Below, piece after piece: positions 28,872 to 32,000 of a stretch of 32,000 bases of DNA. A model generated the notes under the pieces. That model had not been told where the DNA came from, ran no database searches, and was given only the letters and a program-made list of their open reading frames with translations. The translations under genes were made by a program, and so were the position numbers. Source of the DNA: Synechococcus elongatus PCC 6301 (GTDB taxonomy: Bacteria; Cyanobacteriota; Cyanobacteriia; Synechococcales; Synechococcaceae). Numbering within the stretch: position 1 is the first letter of the stretch; each line of letters starts with the position of its first letter. The stretch spans positions 1,731,522 through 1,763,521 of the forward strand of contig NC_006576.1 in the NCBI RefSeq assembly GCF_000010065.1, given 5' to 3'.

Positions 28872-30260
28872 TCAAACGGCCCGCAGGACTACGAGGGTCA
28901 TGTCATCTTCATTGTGGCGATCGGGCCCAATGAAGCGCTGGACTCGGTTGAATAGGTCGGCTAGGAGGGCTTCTGCTGACAGTCGTCGCCGGCAAGCCTC
29001 ACGGAAGGCGATCGCGACGTTCTCCTCATCGAAGCGGTTACCCCGCGGATCAGCCGCATCGGTCAAACCATCGGTGTAGTAGAGAACCACATCGCCCGGC
29101 TGAAGCTGCACGTGCTGTTCGGCGTAGGCATTATCGGCTTCGAGGCCAATCATCATGCCAAAGGTGTCGAGGCGCTTGAGGGTGCCCGTTGCCTGTTGCC
29201 AGAGCAGGGGTGGATTGTGGGCCGCATTGCTAAAGGTCAGCAAGCGCGAGCTGGGATCGTATTCCGAGTAAAACAGCGTGGCGAAGCGATTGGAATGCTC
29301 GAGGTCCGCGTAGATCACCTGATTGAGGTGTGCCAAGACCCGACTGGGCCGGTGCCGGTTCAGCACCTCTGCCCGCAGCATGCCGCGCAGCATCGTCATG
29401 ATCAAGCCAGCGGGGACGCCTTTGCCCATGATGTCGCCGATTGCGATCGCCCAGGGCGAGCCTGCATCGGGCTGCAAGCGTCCCTGTTCATCGCTGTGGG
29501 TGCGGGTAGGAATGAAGTCGTAGTAATCCCCGCCCACGCGGCTCGCTGTTCGACAGGCCGCCGCAATTTCTAAGCCTTCAATCGCCGGGCACTGACTCGG
29601 CAGTAATTGCAACTGAATTTCAGCACCAATTTCTAATTCGCGATCGAGGCGTTCTTTTTGGCGTAGCTCGGTGGTCAGCGCATCATTTTCTATCGCAACA
29701 GCAGTTTGATCCGCCACTAAGCGAACCAGTTTTTGACGCGATTCATTCCAGCTGTACTGGCCATCTAAGCTGAAGACGTACAGCCGTCCACGGGCTTGGT
29801 TCCGCACCAAAACGGCGGTGGCAAATAACTGCGCGTTGCGGCCTAGACAGCGTTGCACTTGGCGATCGATCTCAGCGATTGCTTCCGTTGGGGAACCACT
29901 GGGAGCCGTCCCAACCGGCAAGCTTGCGGGAATTCGATTCAGGGTCTCCGCAAGGCGGGGATCAGTGCAGTGTAGTTGCGCCTGCCAAAAGCGACCGTCG
30001 GGCCGAAAGGTCAATAACAGACTGCCTTCAGTGTCGGTGACTCGACTGGCAATGAGTGGGATCAGTTCTAGGAACTGGCCCAAATTGGTGAAGCTGCGGA
30101 GCGCGAACCCTAGGGAGGCCAACAATTCCTGAGCTTTGCGCTGTTCGCGATCGAGGCGCGCGACCAGATCCTTGAGGGCAATGACTGGTGAAAGGCTAGC
30201 TGAACCTTCCCCCGCCGAAGCCGGCGAAGCCGCGGGTTGGAAATAGGGGAGCGTCGTCAT
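28872..30260 (-). CDS. GAF-domain-containing PP2C/SpoIIE-family protein phosphatase (RsbU/IcfG-like)
   Basis: The C-terminal half has SpoIIE/PP2C motifs (RVGGDYYDF, AIGDIMGKGVPAGLIMTMLR, LYYTDGLTDA, DDMTLVVLRA). The N-terminal ~200 aa look like a GAF-like sensory domain. Confidence 0.85.
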   Translation of the reverse strand: MTTLPYFQPAASPASAGEGSASLSPVIALKDLVARLDREQRKAQELLASLGFALRSFTNLGQFLELIPLIASRVTDTEGSLLLTFRPDGRFWQAQLHCTDPRLAETLNRIPASLPVGTAPSGSPTEAIAEIDRQVQRCLGRNAQLFATAVLVRNQARGRLYVFSLDGQYSWNESRQKLVRLVADQTAVAIENDALTTELRQKERLDRELEIGAEIQLQLLPSQCPAIEGLEIAAACRTASRVGGDYYDFIPTRTHSDEQGRLQPDAGSPWAIAIGDIMGKGVPAGLIMTMLRGMLRAEVLNRHRPSRVLAHLNQVIYADLEHSNRFATLFYSEYDPSSRLLTFSNAAHNPPLLWQQATGTLKRLDTFGMMIGLEADNAYAEQHVQLQPGDVVLYYTDGLTDAADPRGNRFDEENVAIAFREACRRRLSAEALLADLFNRVQRFIGPDRHNEDDMTLVVLRAV

Positions 30261-30439
30261 AAGAGGACGGGCAGCTACGCTAAAAGCGATGGGAGAAAAG
30301 TTCCCAACGGTTATAGCACCTTATTTCTGGATTCGTGCAAATCCCCATCTAAATTGAGGTTCCTTGCAGTGATTGCCCAAAACAACCGTCAGGCATGGTC
30401 AATCTAGTGCGAATCAATGTCGATTCAGTTCAAAAAAAC

Positions 30440-31996
30440 TTAGCCATCCAACAGCGCTTGGATGAATTCATAGCTGGAGAAAGGCCGCAGATCTTGAATC
30501 CGTTCACCTGCTCCCAAGAATCGAATCGGTAGCTGGAGATCCTGGGCGATCGCGAGGGCGACACCGCCTTTGGCTGTGCTGTCCAGTTTGGTCAGGGCAA
30601 CCCCGCTCAGTTGGGCTGCTTCGGCAAAGACTTGGGCTTGGCGCAGCCCGTTTTGCCCTTGGGTGGCATCGAGGACAAGCAGGGATTCAACGATCGCATC
30701 TGGAGCTTTGCGATCGATAATGCGGCGGACCTTAGCCAGTTCGTCCATCAAATTCTTTTTGTTCTGGAGGCGACCGGCTGTATCTACTAGCAGTAGCTCA
30801 GTGCCCCGCGCTTGCGCTGCCGCGATCGCATCAAACACGACGGCAGCCGGGTCGGTGTTCTGGCCGGGGTTAGCAATCACATCCACCTCACTGCGATCGC
30901 CCCAGACTTTCACCTGCTCAACAGCAGCGGCCCGGAAAGTGTCAGCGGCGGCAATCAGACAGCGATAGCCCGACTTAGTGGCCAGATGGGCGAGTTTGCC
31001 AATCGTCGTCGTCTTACCGACGCCATTAACGCCGCAGACCAGCCAGACGTTGAGGCGACCCTTTTCAGGAGCCAGAATGTAGCGCCCCGAGGTTTCTAGG
31101 GGTTGATCCAACAACTGCTGCAGCAATTGCTTGAGATAGGCGATCGCCTGTTCTGGTGGCAGGGCTTCTTGGCGAAGCTTGGCTTGCAGCTGCGTCAGGA
31201 TGCGATCAGTGGCTTCGACCCCCACATCCGCCTGTAGCAACAGTGCCTCGATTGTCTCAACTGCATCGGCGCTGAGGGGGCCTTGGCCCACCGCAGACTT
31301 CAGTTGGTTGACGAGGCTGCGGCGGGTTTTATCCAGACCGCGCCGCAGGCTACTCAGCCAGTCGATCTCTTCGATCGAAATTTCTTCAGGACGCCGCCCT
31401 TGAGCTGCTAGCACTTCAGACGACCAGACAAAGTCATCGTCAAAGGTTAGCCCTTGGGGGGCTGAGGGTTCTGCGATCGCAGGGGGCTGGGGCTTCGGTT
31501 CTGGCTCCGGCTCCGCGATCGCTTCAGCAGTTAATTGTTCGAGGCGGGCTTCCCGCTCGCTGGCGGCGAGGTCAAAGAAAGAAGGGGGCTCAGCCGGAGC
31601 TGCAGGTTCTGGTTCTAGCTCGGGAGTGGCCTCAGCGATCGTCTGAGGTGCACTGGTCGTAACGGCTGTGTCGTCGGTTGTTGGCTCAACCGTAGCGGCT
31701 AGGTCGTCAGAGACCGCCCCAGGATCTTCCTCAACGGCAGCAGGATGATCTTGCTGCTTCAGATTCTGATAAGCCGCCTTCGCCCAAGCCAAATAATCAG
31801 GGTTGATTGTGGGAGTGGGCGCAGGAGGGCTTGCCGGTGCAGCTTCGGCTTCGGCTGGTTGTTGCTCCGTCGGTGGTTCTACGGGAGTGCGATCGGCCTC
31901 ACCAGTCGGCTCGCTAGCCTCCGGGGCAGCCTCGCTGGGCGCCTCAGTTAGGGACTCGGGTTGATTGAACTGACGGCGAAACCAATCGAAAACCAT
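30440..31996 (-). CDS. ftsY: Signal recognition particle receptor FtsY
   Basis: Acidic, Pro-rich N-terminal A-domain followed by an NG domain (GVNGVGKTTTIGKLA, DTAGRLQ, TKLDSTAKGG). Confidence 0.96.
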   Translation of the reverse strand: MVFDWFRRQFNQPESLTEAPSEAAPEASEPTGEADRTPVEPPTEQQPAEAEAAPASPPAPTPTINPDYLAWAKAAYQNLKQQDHPAAVEEDPGAVSDDLAATVEPTTDDTAVTTSAPQTIAEATPELEPEPAAPAEPPSFFDLAASEREARLEQLTAEAIAEPEPEPKPQPPAIAEPSAPQGLTFDDDFVWSSEVLAAQGRRPEEISIEEIDWLSSLRRGLDKTRRSLVNQLKSAVGQGPLSADAVETIEALLLQADVGVEATDRILTQLQAKLRQEALPPEQAIAYLKQLLQQLLDQPLETSGRYILAPEKGRLNVWLVCGVNGVGKTTTIGKLAHLATKSGYRCLIAAADTFRAAAVEQVKVWGDRSEVDVIANPGQNTDPAAVVFDAIAAAQARGTELLLVDTAGRLQNKKNLMDELAKVRRIIDRKAPDAIVESLLVLDATQGQNGLRQAQVFAEAAQLSGVALTKLDSTAKGGVALAIAQDLQLPIRFLGAGERIQDLRPFSSYEFIQALLDG

Positions 31997-32000
31997 AGGA

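Noticed and set aside
30400-30439. Short palindrome GAATC-aatgtc-GATTC next to an A7 run just downstream of ftsY
   Set aside because: The stem is only 5 bp, and on the ftsY strand the U-run precedes the hairpin rather than following it. It is not a convincing intrinsic terminator.
31400-31990. Low-complexity acidic, Pro-rich repeats (EPEPEP, APAEP) at the ftsY 5' end
   Set aside because: This is the typical variable A-domain of FtsY, not a separate repeat element or mobile insertion.

Overview
The window looks like a cyanobacterial chromosome. The HIP1 octamer GCGATCGC is extremely dense, GC is about 55-60% in most genes, and photosynthesis genes are present (por, ndhO, a psb28 paralogue). 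The gene content resembles Synechococcus elongatus, but I cannot confirm the organism without a search. About three quarters of the window is ordinary, tightly packed core genome. In order, it holds: por (5' partial), a DUF1537-type sugar-acid kinase, class I DAHP synthase, an NfeD-flotillin-flotillin operon, ndk, a five-gene Liv/Nat-type amino-acid ABC transporter, gyrB, miaA, two hypothetical genes, ndhO, then (after the island) psb28-2-like, a YfcH-type SDR, a small membrane protein, argH, a GAF-PP2C phosphatase and ftsY. The exception is about 16.7-25.3 kb, a visibly AT-richer, HIP1-depleted block. It encodes seven type-IV-pilin-related proteins: two tandem diverged copies of a three-gene module (a large PilX_N-like protein, a PilV-like pilin and a PilW-like pilin) and one convergent FimT/GspH-like pilin. 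The second PilW-like protein carries a near-perfect 54-bp tandem repeat that encodes a Pro/Ser/Thr linker, followed by an extra C-terminal domain. A P4H-like 2OG-Fe(II) oxygenase gene lies immediately downstream of it. This pilin/oxygenase block is the most interesting part of the window. Part of it may match minor-pilin competence genes already reported for S. elongatus (unverified recollection), so its novelty is uncertain. I recognised no rRNA, tRNA, CRISPR array, transposase or integrase. All function calls come from reading the supplied translations; no database search was run.
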